Source: Callorhinchus milii
Taxonomy: Eukaryota
Length of the DNA: 64,000 nucleotides
Reading direction: 5' to 3'
NCBI RefSeq assembly: GCF_018977255.1
Contig: NW_024704742.1
Span: 45,572,001 to 45,636,000, forward strand
Numbering within the stretch: the stretch's first letter is position 1; every line of letters starts with the position of its first letter. Shown piece after piece: positions 1 to 12,429 of the stretch. The notes below the pieces were generated by a model that was not told where the DNA came from, did no database searches, and saw only the letters and a program-made list of their open reading frames with translations. The translations under genes and the position numbers were made by a program.

Positions 1-118
1 GACAATAGCTGGAGAGTAGAGATGGGTCTAGAGATTTTATTTTGAGGATGAGGGTAATGACAGCTGTTTCTATGGGGGTGTGGGAACAGCGGCAGTATAT
101 AAGGAAAGATTGACAATT
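1..118 (-). mobile_element. L2 LINE fragment, old, runs off window start
   Basis: Resembles the reverse complement of the L2 segment at about 44470-44560. Confidence 0.5.
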
Positions 119-129
119 GGCTAAACACC

Positions 130-420
130 TAATATCAGTCCAAGGATGTAAGGTGGCATTAATTGGTTGCTATTGCATTGCTAATGCCACTGGAAGCTAC
201 CAATGTTGTTCCAAAGTCACAAACATTCACCAATAATGATATCAGCAGAATTTGAGTGTCACTTCACAGGGTACCAGTTTAGAGTTAACAAGTCTTATTC
301 TTAGGCTTGATGAAAGCTCTGCTAATAAGGAAGAATGCTTCACTCAAAAATAGCATTACATCAGAGCTGCATTCTACTGATGAGAGGTGTGAGTATGTAT
401 TAATAGTTTCAGAAAGCCTT
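130..420 (+). mobile_element. Harbinger transposase fossil (N-terminal part)
   Basis: ISPRM*, ANATGSYQCCSKVTNIHQ* then ISRI match ISPE..Q / ATGSFQ...GISQ..ISR; IRAAFY follows. Confidence 0.6.
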
Positions 421-456
421 CAAAAGTAAACAAGATTTAAAAAGTAGAGGTAGCTA

Positions 457-1410
457 ATGGAGAGAGAGAGGGCCTGCTGCCTGTCCTTTGCCTCCTCTGA
501 CCCATCATCGATTCCCAAGCTTTCATCCATGGTACTCTTGTTCACTGCAACTCTCTTTCTTTGCCTTGTGCCCTCTTTTCCTGGTTTCCAAACTTACCTA
601 CAAATCTATGTCTTTGATTGGCTTCTGCCTCCTCTTCACATCCTGCTCCATGATACTAGGCGACACTGTAAATCAATGCACACTGTAAAAATGCACACTG
701 AGCACATGCAATCTGGAGGGAAATTGAAGGATGGAAAGTGGAATCTCCCAGTTAAAATAGTTTTTATTTAGTTAGCCCGGTGTTGGACACGTGTGGACAA
801 CCATCACCATCAGTACCCAAGGCAAACTGAGAGTTCTATGCATCCAATCAACACGTGGAAATTCCTGTGTATTGGACTGGAAAGCGGACTCTCTCCCTGG
901 AGAAACATATTTGCTTACCTATTCCTGGAGAGTATTAGGTGCAGGCTGGTGAAAAGCCAAAGCCCTTTAACATAGTCTGCAGTTAATGTTTGCTTTAAAA
1001 CTAAATTATGAAAATATAAAATATTCTTTGTTTACTTCTTTTTCAGGAAATTGGTTCAGTCCATTTCAACATAAATTCTGAATATATCTGAGATCAGAAA
1101 TAGAAATCACACAGGATCTTCTAAAGATTAGATTAGATTGCAACAGAAACAAAAACTTATGTTTATAGAGTAAAGTTAATGTGGGAAGGCTAATATATTA
1201 ATGAATACTAATGAAAAAGCTGGAAAAATGTAACAGAAGACTAAGTACTGGAAGATCAATGATTATTCATTTGATTAACAAACCAAAAGTTAATTATTGA
1301 AGATAATTATCCATTTATGAATTCATTTTAATTGTTACAGCATGAGCTACATGATTCTGATTTACTTAAGGATTACTGAAAAGAAGGTATCTTATGTAAA
1401 CAGTTTACTG
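457..1410 (+). mobile_element. Harbinger transposase fossil (near full length)
   Basis: ORF 488-688 FFALCPLFLVSKLTYKSMS..SMILGDT resembles LAITLRFLATGESYKSLS..IVKET; KWNLP; from 772 LARCWTRVDNHHHQYPRQTESSMHPINTWKFLCIGLE aligns without gaps to FPNCIGAIDGKHI..P.NSGS.YFNYKKFFSIVLQ; SIRCRLVKSQSPL resembles SVHDARVLRNSPL; weaker C-terminal traces to about 1400. Confidence 0.7.
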
Positions 1411-1499
1411 TGCAGTAATGACTGAAATGTTTAAATATAAACATTTGTTTCAAAGTATATATTTGGTAACAGAATCATGAAATCAAATAATTGTTATTG

Positions 1500-2165
1500 A
1501 ACCATAAATATTATGTGATTAGAGTCTCAAATTCATTACAAAAGTTTCTTCAAATGTTGCTCATGGAGAAACTTATTTCACTAATGCATAGTCTCTGTAG
1601 GTGGGTTTTTTCTGATGATATTTCCTGTTGTGCTATACATACTATTTGCCCCAGTCCCAAAAGAATGATCATCAAGATAGCTGCATGTTCTGAGTACCTG
1701 CTGATATTATTAAAAAGTGTTGCCTTTCCACTACAGGGAAAATGAGACCCAGTGCTGATGATCCACCTTATATTGCAGTCATTAACAGAAGGACGCTGAA
1801 ATTGGCCAATGATTTGGTCTCTCTATGTATCCCTCACAACTTCTGACTGCTGAGGTTAAATTCTGAGGGGTAAAGGTTGCAGATCTTAATAACGCATTGC
1901 TTGTGTAAATTAACACAAGGATTGCTTGGGAAATACTGCGAATGTTACCCCTATGAGCTCATAATGTTCTTCTTTAAAATCACCCTTGTTACCAATTCAT
2001 ACACATAACAAGAAACTGAATTGTTTCACAAAGAATGTACTGCCTGGATGCTGAAGACCAGCTTGTATCCTTAATTTAATATACTGAATATTGAAACTTA
2101 TTCACTGACTGGTCTATTATGTGAATTTTCTAATTAAATTCAGTATCTAAGAGGTGGATGCAATA
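1500..2165 (-). mobile_element. Harbinger transposase fossil (C-terminal half), interrupted by a hairpin element
   Basis: FN*K, IQAGLQHPGST (WPGST), GYIERPNHWP..LLMT (GYLLGDSAYP..WLMT), LDDHSFGTGANS (IENAFGILANR), SHNI, in order. Confidence 0.55.
1866..1952. repeat. ~87 bp imperfect palindrome, MITE-like
   Basis: Ends AGGGGTAA / TTACCCCT; inner arms gcattgcttgtgt vs reverse-complemented gcaatccttgtgt. Confidence 0.55.
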
Positions 2166-2204
2166 ATTTTTAATAATAATGACAATAATAATCCTTGCAT
2201 TTGA

Positions 2205-2456
2205 TATAAGAACATAAGAACATAAGAAATAGGAGCAGGAGAAGGCCATTCGGCTCCTCGAGCCTGTCCCGCCGTTTAATAAGATCATGACTGATCTTCT
2301 AACCTAATTCCATTTACCCGCCCTATCCCCATATCCCTTAATCCCTTTAGTTTTTAAAAATCCATCGATCTCAGTTTTGAATATGTTCAATGACTGAGCA
2401 TCCACAACCTTCTGGGGGAGAATTCCATAAATTCACTACCCTTTGAGTGAAGAAAT
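2205..2456 (-). mobile_element. CR1 LINE 3' end between a SINE tail and a SINE head
   Basis: (CATAAGAA)n tail followed by ataggagcaggag..ggccattcggc CR1 3' UTR. Confidence 0.8.
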
Positions 2457-2689
2457 CACCGGGAATCAAGCCTGGGTCCTCTCACTTGTGAGGCAAGCTC
2501 GCTGAGAACTACTCTACGACACTCCATTTTAAGGGTGATATTCCGCTTGGATTAAATATTCGCATCCTTAAAGGACTAATATAATTATAATTTACAATAC
2601 AATTTACCTTTACATAGTCTCTTTCCCTTTAGGAGGAAGTCTCAAAGCGTTTACTAAACAGAAGCAGGAAATTGTCAATTTATAGCGAC

Positions 2690-3170
2690 TAGAATGTGAG
2701 AACAAGGATCTTGAATTCACATTCAGAACTGTGAACTATCATATGTCTAGCACAACGGTGTGACTGCATTGTTGTCAAGCAGTAGATGCAAAAGAGTGGA
2801 GCTTTAATGGTTGTTACCTTATCACCAGTGCACTGAAGAGCTTACAGTGGAGAACAAAGTTATGGCTCCTCTTGTGTTGTTATGTATGAGTAAACCAGAC
2901 TCGGCACAAAATGGTTCAATATACGCAAACCCTAACTTGTGAAACACAAAGCTAGAAAGGAACTGCCAGAATCACCACAGAGAAAGGAAGGTTCATATTC
3001 ATGTAATACATTTGGATCCATGTATTTTATTATAAATTTATGATTGCATAGCTGCTGTTTCTTTTCCAAGCAATGCAATAATGCTCTTTCCCTTTGCATC
3101 AGTTTTATCTGCTACCTTTCAATAGAACTTATCATTCATTGGCAATATTACATTATATCTATAAGGACTG
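2690..3170 (+). mobile_element. Harbinger transposase fossil
   Basis: QAVDAKEWSF (QAVVDANYRF), TEKGRFIF (E.R.FNY), NTFG (NAFG), ILHYI. Confidence 0.45.
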
Positions 3171-3439
3171 ATGCTAAAATATATTTATAAGGACTCATTC
3201 TAAAATTTTAATAACGTCTGTATCTGATCACATTACTGAGTTGCACAATTTTTAAGAATTCTGTTGTGGCAACCTTTGAAAGTCAGGAGTTAAATGCATG
3301 CGTTCTGCTCAGTTTGGCATCACTCTCATCTCTGACTTCATGAACAGTGATGTCTTGAAAAATTTGAAAAAATGCTTTGGGAATCCAATCTTAGGAAGGA
3401 TATACTAACCTTGAAGAATGTTCAATGAAGGACAAGGAA

Positions 3440-3749
3440 GGAGTCCTGTAGCTCAGTGGTTAGAGCACTCGCTTTGCAAGTGAGAGACCTGAGTTCAATT
3501 CCAGGCAGGGTGAAACCTTGGGCAAGTTTCCTTACTCCACACGCCTAATAATAATCTCTCCAAAAATCAAAAACAATAATTAAATTGGTCATTTTCAATC
3601 CACGACTGTTTGTGGGACATTGCTGTGCGTTTGCTCACAAATATACAGTCAATTCACTTTACAGTGTGTTCTGTGAAGCGCTTTGGGACGTCTTCCCAAC
3701 GTGAAAAGCGCTATATCAAATGCAAGGATTATTATTATTATTATTATTA
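3440..3749 (+). mobile_element. tRNA-Ala-derived Deu-domain SINE, short subfamily
   Basis: A box tagctcagtgg, anticodon arm CTCGC-TTTGCAA-GTGAG, B box gttcaattcc, Deu-like core, L2-like tail, (ATT)n. Confidence 0.9.
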
Positions 3750-4059
3750 ATTAGATTAATAGCTGAGCTGAACTGACTCCAAGGTTGCCTCGATACTCCG
3801 TTTGCTGAGCCAGGCAGGTCCGCAGTACTCCGGGGCACTGCTGATGACAGACAGACAGCCTAGCTCATCAGTAAGGCTTGGAAGGGCAGCCCAATCACTG
3901 AGGGCAGGGAAGCTTCCTACTCATTAAACCTACAAGCAACCATTGTGAAACCAGGGCTGAAGAGCAGGGTCAGAGTAGTTTCAATTTTGGAATAAGGTTT
4001 CACATTTTATTTCTGATGATGAGAAGGTCCAACAACTCAGATTTAGAAGACACTGCCAT

Positions 4060-4250
4060 GCCAACCTCTCTTAATGGCACACTCGTGTGGACCAGAGTTG
4101 AATTATAGCCCAGTTTTCTCCTGAGGGTTTATTACTTCTAACGCTTGAATTGAGGCTGCTCAAATTCATTTTACTTAGTAGCCTAGCAGACTCAAGGACA
4201 GGACTTTCATCTCATCATTCTGAACTAAATAAGTCTCAGAGGAGTGAGGA
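4060..4250 (-). mobile_element. ancient SINE fragment, LF-SINE-like
   Basis: Reverse complement gatgagatgaaagtc...aaatgaatttgagcagcctcaa resembles the LF-SINE body as I recall it. Confidence 0.35.
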
Positions 4251-4384
4251 CAGTATTCGGGCCAACATTAACGTTCAATGGGATTGAAAACTACTTCTCA
4301 GGAGAGCATTCATGTTACAGGTCCCTGACTGCAGGAAAATGGATATTGGGACATAAACTGCACTTTTAGTCAATGGCACACCAA

Positions 4385-4770
4385 TACTATTACGCCCTAT
4401 CACCAAACAGATCGATTTCAAGATCCTCACACTTGTTTTCAAATCCTTCATGCTCTAGCACTTCCTTGCTTCTCCCACCTGTTTACTCCCAATTCTGTAA
4501 CCATTGCCTGCATTAGACTGGCTCTGGGCTCCTGCTTCGGTGGCCACACTTTCAGCCACTATGCCCTGAAACAACACTCTCCCTCTATCCCTCCGTCTTG
4601 CCCCCTCCTTCCCCATTTTCAGGTCGCGCCTGAAGTCCTTCCTCTCCGACCGTACTTAGTCACCTCCCCTGGCTCAGCGTTATGCTCCACCACTGTCAAG
4701 TGCTCTGGGCGCTACTCTGCGTGAGGGACAGTATATATATATATATATATATCTATATAAGTTGTTGTTG
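4385..4770 (+). mobile_element. L2 LINE 3' fragment
   Basis: QIDFKILTLVFKSF motif and (GTT)n tail. Confidence 0.8.
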
Positions 4771-5224
4771 TGTGGGTCCTCAGCTAACATGGAGATTTGC
4801 TTGAAGATAATGCTATGTACATGGGTTTCCTTGAAGAAAATTGACCTTACATGCCAGTAGTATTAGTACTCCTTTCTTGAGGAATACTTTCTCAACCCTT
4901 TCTCAAATATCACGTGCTTGCACTGTTTAATAGTCAAAGACCCCCTGTTTCACATACATTCACTTTGCAAATGTGGAACAACTTGATAACAATCTTCTTT
5001 AACCTCAAGACCTAATCAATGCTAAACTACAAGAGCTGGTCATTTCTTATTCACCAAGATAGCAGAACAAGAGGACAGAAGTTTAAAGTTGCAAAGATAT
5101 CGTGCTTTATCCAAAGGGTAATTAATAAGTGGAACAGGTTAGAAAAGATTATCAGGAATGGTGGTTGATGCTAACATGTTGATGTCTGCTTTCCTCAAAT
5201 AATCTATTTCATTTGTGCTAATGT

Positions 5225-5540
5225 TTCCTTTTTCCACATGCCTCTGTTTACCCAGCAGTAAATAAGAACCTGGTTGTTAGTTGATTAGCGGATTACTTTT
5301 CTGGGGGGTAATAATAATCCCTTCAAATTTAAAAAATAAAATAATTATAATTTGGCCAGACAATCCACGACTGTTTTTTGGGACAATGCTGTGTACAATG
5401 GCTGCCACATTTCATCAAAAAAAATACAGTCAATTCACTTTACAGTATATTCTGTGAAGTGCTTTGAAAGATCTCAAAGACATGATAAAGTGCTATATCA
5501 AATGCAAGAATTATTATTATTATTATTATTATTATTATCT
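5225..5540 (+). mobile_element. tRNA/Deu SINE, long subfamily, 5' truncated
   Basis: gcctctgtttacccagcagta.. insert, Deu core, (ATT)n tail. Confidence 0.85.
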
Positions 5541-6029
5541 TATGCCCCCAACTTCATTGTAAGTTGTTGTTTAACCTTGAGCTAAATTTCCAATCAGACC
5601 TTTACTTTCTGAAACTCTTTATCAAAACCAATTTAGCTACTACCTCTTTCACTGCCTTCAAAAACTTTCTAAAACATAGCTGTTTGAAGGTACATTTGAT
5701 CATCACTTTCCAATATCTTATTTGTCTGCTGGTGTCCATTATATTTATCAAGCGCTTTGAGATTTTTTGACGTGAAAGGCGCAAAATAAATGTGAGCTGC
5801 TGTTGAGAACCTTTGCTGTAAGTGTCAGTAAACATGGTGTTCACAATAATTCTAATTAAAGTTGACATTGGTTTGACCTGATTAAACACACGAGGATACT
5901 TCTGCCAGGTTTTAACTTCCTTGGGCAAATTAAATTCTGATGATATATAATATAATTTGGCAGCCAAGGTAATTACCACATAGCTGAATAAAATGCTATA
6001 GAGTAGAAAATTATCAAATGACAGCGAAA

Positions 6030-6186
6030 TCATCCTTGCATTTTGATACAGTGCCTTACCATGTCTGCGAGACGTCTCAAAGCGCTTCACAGGATATTCT
6101 GTAAAGTGGAGTGACTGTGCATTTTGTGGGCGAAACGCAAACAGCCAATTGTGCACAGCAGTGTCCCACAGTGATAGATTGAGTGA
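6030..6186 (-). mobile_element. Deu SINE 3' half
   Basis: Reverse complement of the tail and Deu core. Confidence 0.8.
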
Positions 6187-6295
6187 CAAACACATAGAGA
6201 CACGCACACACATACACAAACACACAGACACAGAGAGGCAGATCCAAACGCACACACAGTGACACACACATAGACGCATACAGACACACACACAG
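6187..6295. repeat. degenerate (CA)n microsatellite
   Basis: cacacacatacacaaacacacagacac; explains the Cys/Val-rich ORFs here. Confidence 0.9.
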
Positions 6296-7039
6296 AGTGC
6301 CCTGACTCCAGCAACAAAGCAACCTCCACCCCCCAACCCCTGAAATAGCTATTATTGAAATAGCTGCAATGAGAAGCAATATATGCAATGCATAATTCTA
6401 TTGAGATTCTGCAAGGTTTGCAATGAGGTTTGCAAAAGGCATCTGATAAGGAGTGCATTTCTGTACACTCTGCACCAATTCACTGCCACCAGCTACAGCT
6501 TACAAATGTTTCCTGTAACATCAAATGAATCAGTGATCATAACTCACTATGGGGTGAGCTGGCTATGGGATTGAATTTCCATTTACTACATTAATAATAT
6601 TAAATAAGGTATGTGGCATAATTTGCTCACTGTTTTGCGAGAAACAAAAAAAATGCTAACTCTGTAAAACCGTTAATTGGACTGTATTAACTGGTAATAA
6701 AGCAGAACATTAATTTACTCATAGTGCAGTCACTGCTTTTTACAGTAAATCCTGGTGAAGCATTTTGGGACGTCCTCACAACATGAAATGCACTATATCA
6801 AATGCAAGAATTTTTATTATTATTGTTGTTGATCTTGCTTCAATAAAAACAGCGATAAAAACAGTGATATTTTGCCCTGTTTCCATGTTTTATGTTTCTA
6901 TGTTTCTATGTTTCTGTTTCATGGCCTTGGAACATCTGACGACACATTCACTACCAGCAGCTCCACTGACCTATGAAGATCAACAACAGCAGTCTTAATA
7001 TTATCATCTATTCACTGATTAGTATACTTTTGAAAACCT

Positions 7040-7690
7040 TTAACACAATTGTGTATTAATGGTTTGTTGCTGATTTCTAAGCATAGATACACAAATTATA
7101 TACAATGGCCAGTCATGACGACCTGGAAAGTAAAATTGTGAATATCTGGTTTTATCTCAATTATTCTCTTACTGCTTGTAAATAAAACACAATCACACCC
7201 CTTTATAGTATATCCTGTGAAGCGATTTGGGCGTCCTCCCAGTGTGAAAGGTGCTGTACCAAATGAAAGGATTAATATCCTTACACTTAAACTCACCTGT
7301 CAATATGCAGCTGCTGACCCAATTGCATCCTCCTATCTGTTACTGTATTTGACATTGGGAAGAATCTACTGTCCCATAGAAGCCTTCAGGGCTGTGACAC
7401 ATTGAATATTTGGAGAGGTTCTCATGCACAACAATTGATATTGATGGAAAACCAATAAAAAAAGCAGCCTTTGTTCAGTTCCTGTGTTTTTTTCTTAAAA
7501 AATGAAAGTATTCTAGAGATGTTGACTTGAGAAAGGAAGTTGACTGAAATGGAAGCTGCAAAAAATATTAGGGAATTTCACTGAAAATGCCTGCGCAATA
7601 TGCCTGAACAAAATGCACCTCATATTAGGTTTGTCGATATATTGACTGTGCTGGTCAATCTCCTACAAACAATATTAGGATGTTAAAAGA
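7040..7690 (-). mobile_element. Harbinger transposase fossil (catalytic core)
   Basis: FRHIAQAFSVKFPNIFCSFHFSQLPF (FP.VIGAIDGTHIPI); WFSININCCA*EPLQIFNVSQP*RLLWDSRFFPMSN ([35 protein letters not shown]); IGSAAAY; SKRIIE. Confidence 0.75.
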
Positions 7691-7799
7691 GAATTCATGC
7701 TTTTCTTAATAATAATAATCCTTGCATTTGATATAGCGCTTTTCTCATCGGGAGGACGTCCCTAAGCGCTTCTTCAACAAACATGGAATGGTGGGTTTG

Positions 7800-8220
7800 A
7801 CTGCACATGCACTGGAACTGGTTGGCTCCCTAAAACAAAACTAGCCAAAGTCCGGGTCACCAAGTCGCCGCCATTGTCACTTCCTATTTTTGGCACGTAT
7901 AGAAACCAGGGATTGATTTCTGAGTGACCCGATGATCCGGATATTTTTTTTCTTTTAGCGCTGGTTCCCTCATATTGCAATGATCTGGGATAGGATTTTG
8001 TGGATTCCAAACACCACATTATAACAAGGCTCCACTGCAATAATATCACTATAGTTTGACTTCCTTCGAGTCTTTAAACTCACATTCTTTACTGGATGTC
8101 GAGCAGTTGCCATGAAATAGCATCGAAATGGAAAGAAGAAGGATCGTTAAAGCAAATTGACCCTTGTGGGTATTCCTATACTTTGCTATACTTCTGCTCA
8201 TTTCCCTTTTCTTACCTGCA
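7800..8220 (+). mobile_element. Harbinger transposase fossil
   Basis: AG/FPHI, RLHCNNITIV (GFHSINIQIV), LLDV..SSCHE (PGSCHD), GYS; several frameshifts. Confidence 0.45.
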
Positions 8221-8871
8221 ACAATAGGGATAGTTAATTTTCAAAGCATGAGGCCACATTTGTAGCAGTAAATGTAATGAAATAGCTTTAAATTTGAAAT
8301 TTTACATTTCACCAAGTCTGGGCTGACAGTCCAATATAATGATGGAAAAATGCCATATTTGTTGGCACTGTTGGCATCTTCTAGATGAATCATTAAACAG
8401 AGATCCCATCTGCTTGTCTAGGTGTTTGTTAAAAATCCCTATTTGAAAAGAGAAGGCAGTTTCTCCCAGTGTCCTGGCCAAAAATCTTCTTGATAGAATT
8501 GATCACGCACACATTGTTGTTTGAGGGACATTGTTGTAAATTGGTTGCTGATTTTGCCTACTACAAAAATAACAAATTGCATTTATGTAGCGCTTTTCAT
8601 ATCAGGAGAACGTCCTGAGGCGTTAGATTGTCAATGATTTGCATCCGAGCTGGGAGTTGGAATCAAGAAGGGTCCTCCAGAGGATTAGGTGGGAGGATAT
8701 TCGAAGGCTCAGTCAAAGACAGTATAAAATCCACAGCTCTACACTCATAGAATAAATTCTGTGAAGTGCTCTGAGACGTCCTCCTTACATGAAAGGTGCT
8801 ATACAAAATGTTATCTTAATAATATCTGTTAATTTATTTGGCATAACTTTATTTCTGGTGAAGGCACTGGA

Positions 8872-9229
8872 TAATAATAATAATCCTTGCATTTGATATA
8901 GCGCCTTATCACGTCTCAAAGAACTTCACAGAATATACTGTGAAACAAATTGACTGTATATTTTTTGGATGAAACACGGCAGCCAATTGCACACAGCAGT
9001 GTCCCACAAACAATTGTGGATTGAGTAACCAATTCATTATTTTTTTTGAAGGAATTATTACCTTCGGAAAAGCGATCTACAAATCGACTATCAACTGGGT
9101 TCCTACTTACTGCAGGGTAAATAGAGGTGTGTGGAGTAAGGAAACTTGCACAACGTTTCTCCCTACTGGGAATTGAACCCAGATTCTCTCGCTTGCAAAG
9201 CGAGTGCTTTAACCACTGAGCTACAGGAC
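8872..9229 (-). mobile_element. tRNA/Deu SINE, long subfamily, near full length
   Basis: (AAT)n tail through to head ..ccactgagctacaggac. Confidence 0.9.
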
Positions 9230-9339
9230 AATGTAATGGTTATCAATGTAACTGCTCAGTGATAGGAATAAGTAGTGCCAACACCTTAGTATCATGCAAA
9301 CCAAACTGATGTTAATTGTTAGCTGAAGAGGCATAGAGC

Positions 9340-9800
9340 AAACTATAGAGATGGGTAGTAAATCCTTCTCCGCATTGAGAGTGAGCTAAACGCACAAGAT
9401 GAGCATAAATCAGAAATCAGTGAAATGGTTATGACAGCAATGCATTCAATGGAGTGTGGAAAATATTGTGGAACAGGCATTTGACTGAATGAGTGAGAAT
9501 TCAAAGTCTTTAGTGCATGATATCTGTTCTGGTGCATGGTTGTGAGGTGAGAATTTTCAATGACTGCAGAAAATAGGTCGAATCATTTTCAGAAGAGTAC
9601 ATACACAGCATTCAGGAAATCTGTAAGGAGGCAGAGTCAATAATGAGACTATGAGAGGAAATGTACAACAGTAAAGACTGAGAATTACAAGATTGACTTG
9701 AGGGAGGTGGAATCATGCTGCTCCTGCTGCTGGAGCTCACCATCTGTTGACACAAGCCCTAAGGGGCAAACTGCATTTGCATCATTTGCAGCGGTGTAAG
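9340..9800 (-). mobile_element. Harbinger transposase fossil
   Basis: LS*SHY*LCLLTDFLNAVY (ISQSAVHRCIREVTNALY); *FDLFSAVIENSHLTTMHQNRYHAL (GFP.VIGAIDGTHI..YHSL); YFPHSIECIAVITISLI (FPGSVHDA.VL..S). Confidence 0.65.
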
Positions 9801-10189
9801 CATTTAGCCTGCTGATGATCTGACATGACTTGCACTATTATTATTAATAACAATAATAATAATAGTCCTTGCATTTGGTATAGCACTTATCAATAACAAT
9901 AATAACTTGTATTTATATAGCCCCCTTCACATGGGGTAGTCTTGAAGCGCTTAGAGAGGACATCTCAAAGAGCTTCACAGGATTTTTCTGTGAAGTTAGG
10001 TGATTCTGAAGACCACTTGCTCAGAGCACAAACAGTCATGAAGTGAATGACCAATTTTATCTGGGGAATTGTTAGCCAGGGCTTCGGGAGAAATCCCCTT
10101 GTTCTTTTCGAGTGGTGCCATTCACCTGACTTTAAAGGGGCCTCAGTTTACCTCTGAACTCACAAGATTATGTGAGTTCAAGTCCCAGT

Positions 10190-10950
10190 GCTCACATTTT
10201 TTTTACAAGAAAAGAATAAAGGTTAACATTGCAGAACTATTTGGAACATAGAGGTCTTCTAATGCAAAGTGAAATTTTTCAAATGATTTTACGCTTTTGT
10301 TAACCTAACCTGAGTTCAATTCCAGGCAGGGCGAAACCTTGGGCAAGTTTCCTTACTCCACACGCCTAATAATAATCCCTCCAAATCAAAAACAATAATA
10401 AATTGGATATTTTCAATCCATGACTGTTTGTGGGACACTGCTGTGCGCAATTGGCTGCCAAGTTTCGCCCACAAATATACAGTCAATTCACTTTATAGTC
10501 TGTTCTGTGAAGCACTTTGGGACGTCTAGAAGATGTGAAAAGCGCTATATCAAATGCAAATTATTATTATTATTATAATTCTTGTATTTGATATAGCGCC
10601 TAAAATGGAAAACAAAATTCATTAACAGTAGCAGTATAAATGAGAGTTGAGTCAAAGCAAATATAACCGAAGCTATGCTCAAAAAGCCAATAAGGGGGAA
10701 ATAGAGGCTGAAGTGATACGATTTAGAAACATACTGGGCTCACCCGATCTTTGAAGATTTTAGGCCATCATTTGGCTGCCCTGTAAATTTCGAACAGAGC
10801 ACATCACAATCGGGTGTTGTTTTTTTTCTATCTGAATTGAAACAGTGTAGATTAGGCAAAAAAACAAGTTTCTTCTGCATATCTCTATGCTAGCAGTTTT
10901 CTTTCTTGCAGTATAAAGGCAATGTTGCTGATCATACAAATTCAGTTTTA
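10190..10950 (+). mobile_element. Harbinger transposase fossil(s) split by a SINE
   Basis: NIAELFGT*RSS; ANITEAMLKK (ANVTEALVER as in HARBI1); RFRNILGSPDL (FYAIAGFPNV); YKGNVADH (YPGSVHD). Confidence 0.6.
10308..10578 (+). mobile_element. tRNA/Deu SINE, short subfamily, 5' truncated
   Basis: Closely matches the 3440-3749 copy from the B box onward. Confidence 0.9.
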
Positions 10951-11399
10951 GAGATTTTTACAAAAACAAATTGCATTTATATAGCGCCTTTCAAGTTGGG
11001 AGGATGTCCCAAGATGCTGATTTACAGTACAGAGATAAACGTTTAATGTTATATATTAGTTAGTGGATGAGCCCGGTCATTTCTAAGCATTTAGAATGTG
11101 TTTTTTTTAATAAACTGTACTTCACTGGTCTAAAAATGTACATAAACAGCTTTTGCAATTCTGTGCTTTAAAATAATGCTTGAACTTGTTAATTGCTGTT
11201 TTAAGCAGACTTCTATGAATCCCAGTGATCATGTGCTGACTTTACAAATCTATAATAATAATCCTAGCATTTTCAGATGCCATCTTATCACATTGTTAAT
11301 GTGACTCAAAACACTTCATTGGAATTACTGTGAATTATGATGACTGAATGGTGCATAATGTTGGGCTGAATTTTGCAATGTTCATCACTGGCTTCACAT

Positions 11400-11990
11400 G
11401 TCTTTCATGGCAAGGGCAGCAGCACATGATGCTTTCAGCGAAAAAGAACAACACATGTACCCACAGGTCAAACAGGCTGTGTGTGAGAGCAAATAGCTAG
11501 TTAATAATGGGACAGTCCAAAATGATGGAGTTTATTTTAATGTTCAATGGGGATGTTTTAATCACTACTGCAAAGCAGATGTCATGTTCTGATGGTTTAA
11601 TGGCAATATAGGTTGGCACATGATTGATGGTGTATATCTTGGCATGATGTGAAGCTGAGTTAACAGTCTATCAAGATCTCACTAGCAGAGTGCACGATAT
11701 GGAAGTGAGTCAAGGTGAGGAGGCAAATTGATTCCCGAGATGCCTTGCAATTATAATACACTTACTATGTGGCATCCATGCCAACTTTCCAGATTTTATT
11801 TTTAATTTTGCATCATAGCACCTGAACCTTGGGGAAAATCTCCTCATAGAGAAGGATGCTGTCTGCCACAGGTGCTACGTTTTGAGCTCCATCACCTGCA
11901 CGGGTACTTCCATTTCTATCTGGCTGAAAAGAATCTTCTGACTTGTTGTTCCATGTTTCTTGTACCCATACACTGTGCACATCTGTAATT
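11400..11990 (-). mobile_element. Harbinger transposase fossil
   Basis: ttccccaaggttcaggtgctatgatgc reads as FPKVQ(G)A(I)DC with small deletions; ARHLGN (ARYPGS); IMCCC.CH near 11410. Confidence 0.5.
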
Positions 11991-12429
11991 TTCCATTGTT
12001 GAATTTTAACTACGGTTTAACTTCCCAAATAAGCTAATATGGAATGGTAATAATAATTCTTGCATTTGATGTAGTGCCATTCATGTCAAGAGGATGTCTC
12101 AAAGTTCTTCACAGAATAATAATAATAATAATTCTTGCATTTGGTATAGAATCCACTGTAAAGTGTAATGACAGTGTAATTTGTAGGTAAACCTGAATTG
12201 TTGAAGTGCCCTGAAAATGGACCATGAATATTCTGAATGCCCTCAGTAAGTTTTGAGATGTTTCAACCTCGTCATAAGGTGCTATATCAAATGCAAGGAT
12301 TATTATTATTATTATTATTAAGGGCCACATAGAGAGCATGTAGCAATGAATTAGGTGATTTGTTACTTAATGACTCAACCTTAGATTCCTGTTTGTACCC
12401 CTTTTTTATGTAAAAAGTGCATTATAGTG

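Larger units (their letters stand above)
5640..6530 (-). mobile_element. Harbinger transposase fossil split by a SINE and a (CA)n tract
   Basis: HSLSDAFCKPHCKPCRISIELCIA (SIADQFGVSKSTVCRIVREVCRA); LLYSILFSYVV (GFYSIVLQAVV); YPRVFNQ (DARVFRN); KVMIKCTFKQL (RVVIECTFGQL). Confidence 0.6.

Noticed and set aside
3440..3512. tRNA-Ala(TGC) gene, and similar heads elsewhere
   Set aside because: The acceptor stem does not pair and the sequence continues into a SINE body
11895..11985. LINE endonuclease-like VQETW..DR motif or an 87 nt exon
   Set aside because: Same frame as the downstream FPKVQ motif, so a Harbinger origin fits better; the acceptor is poor
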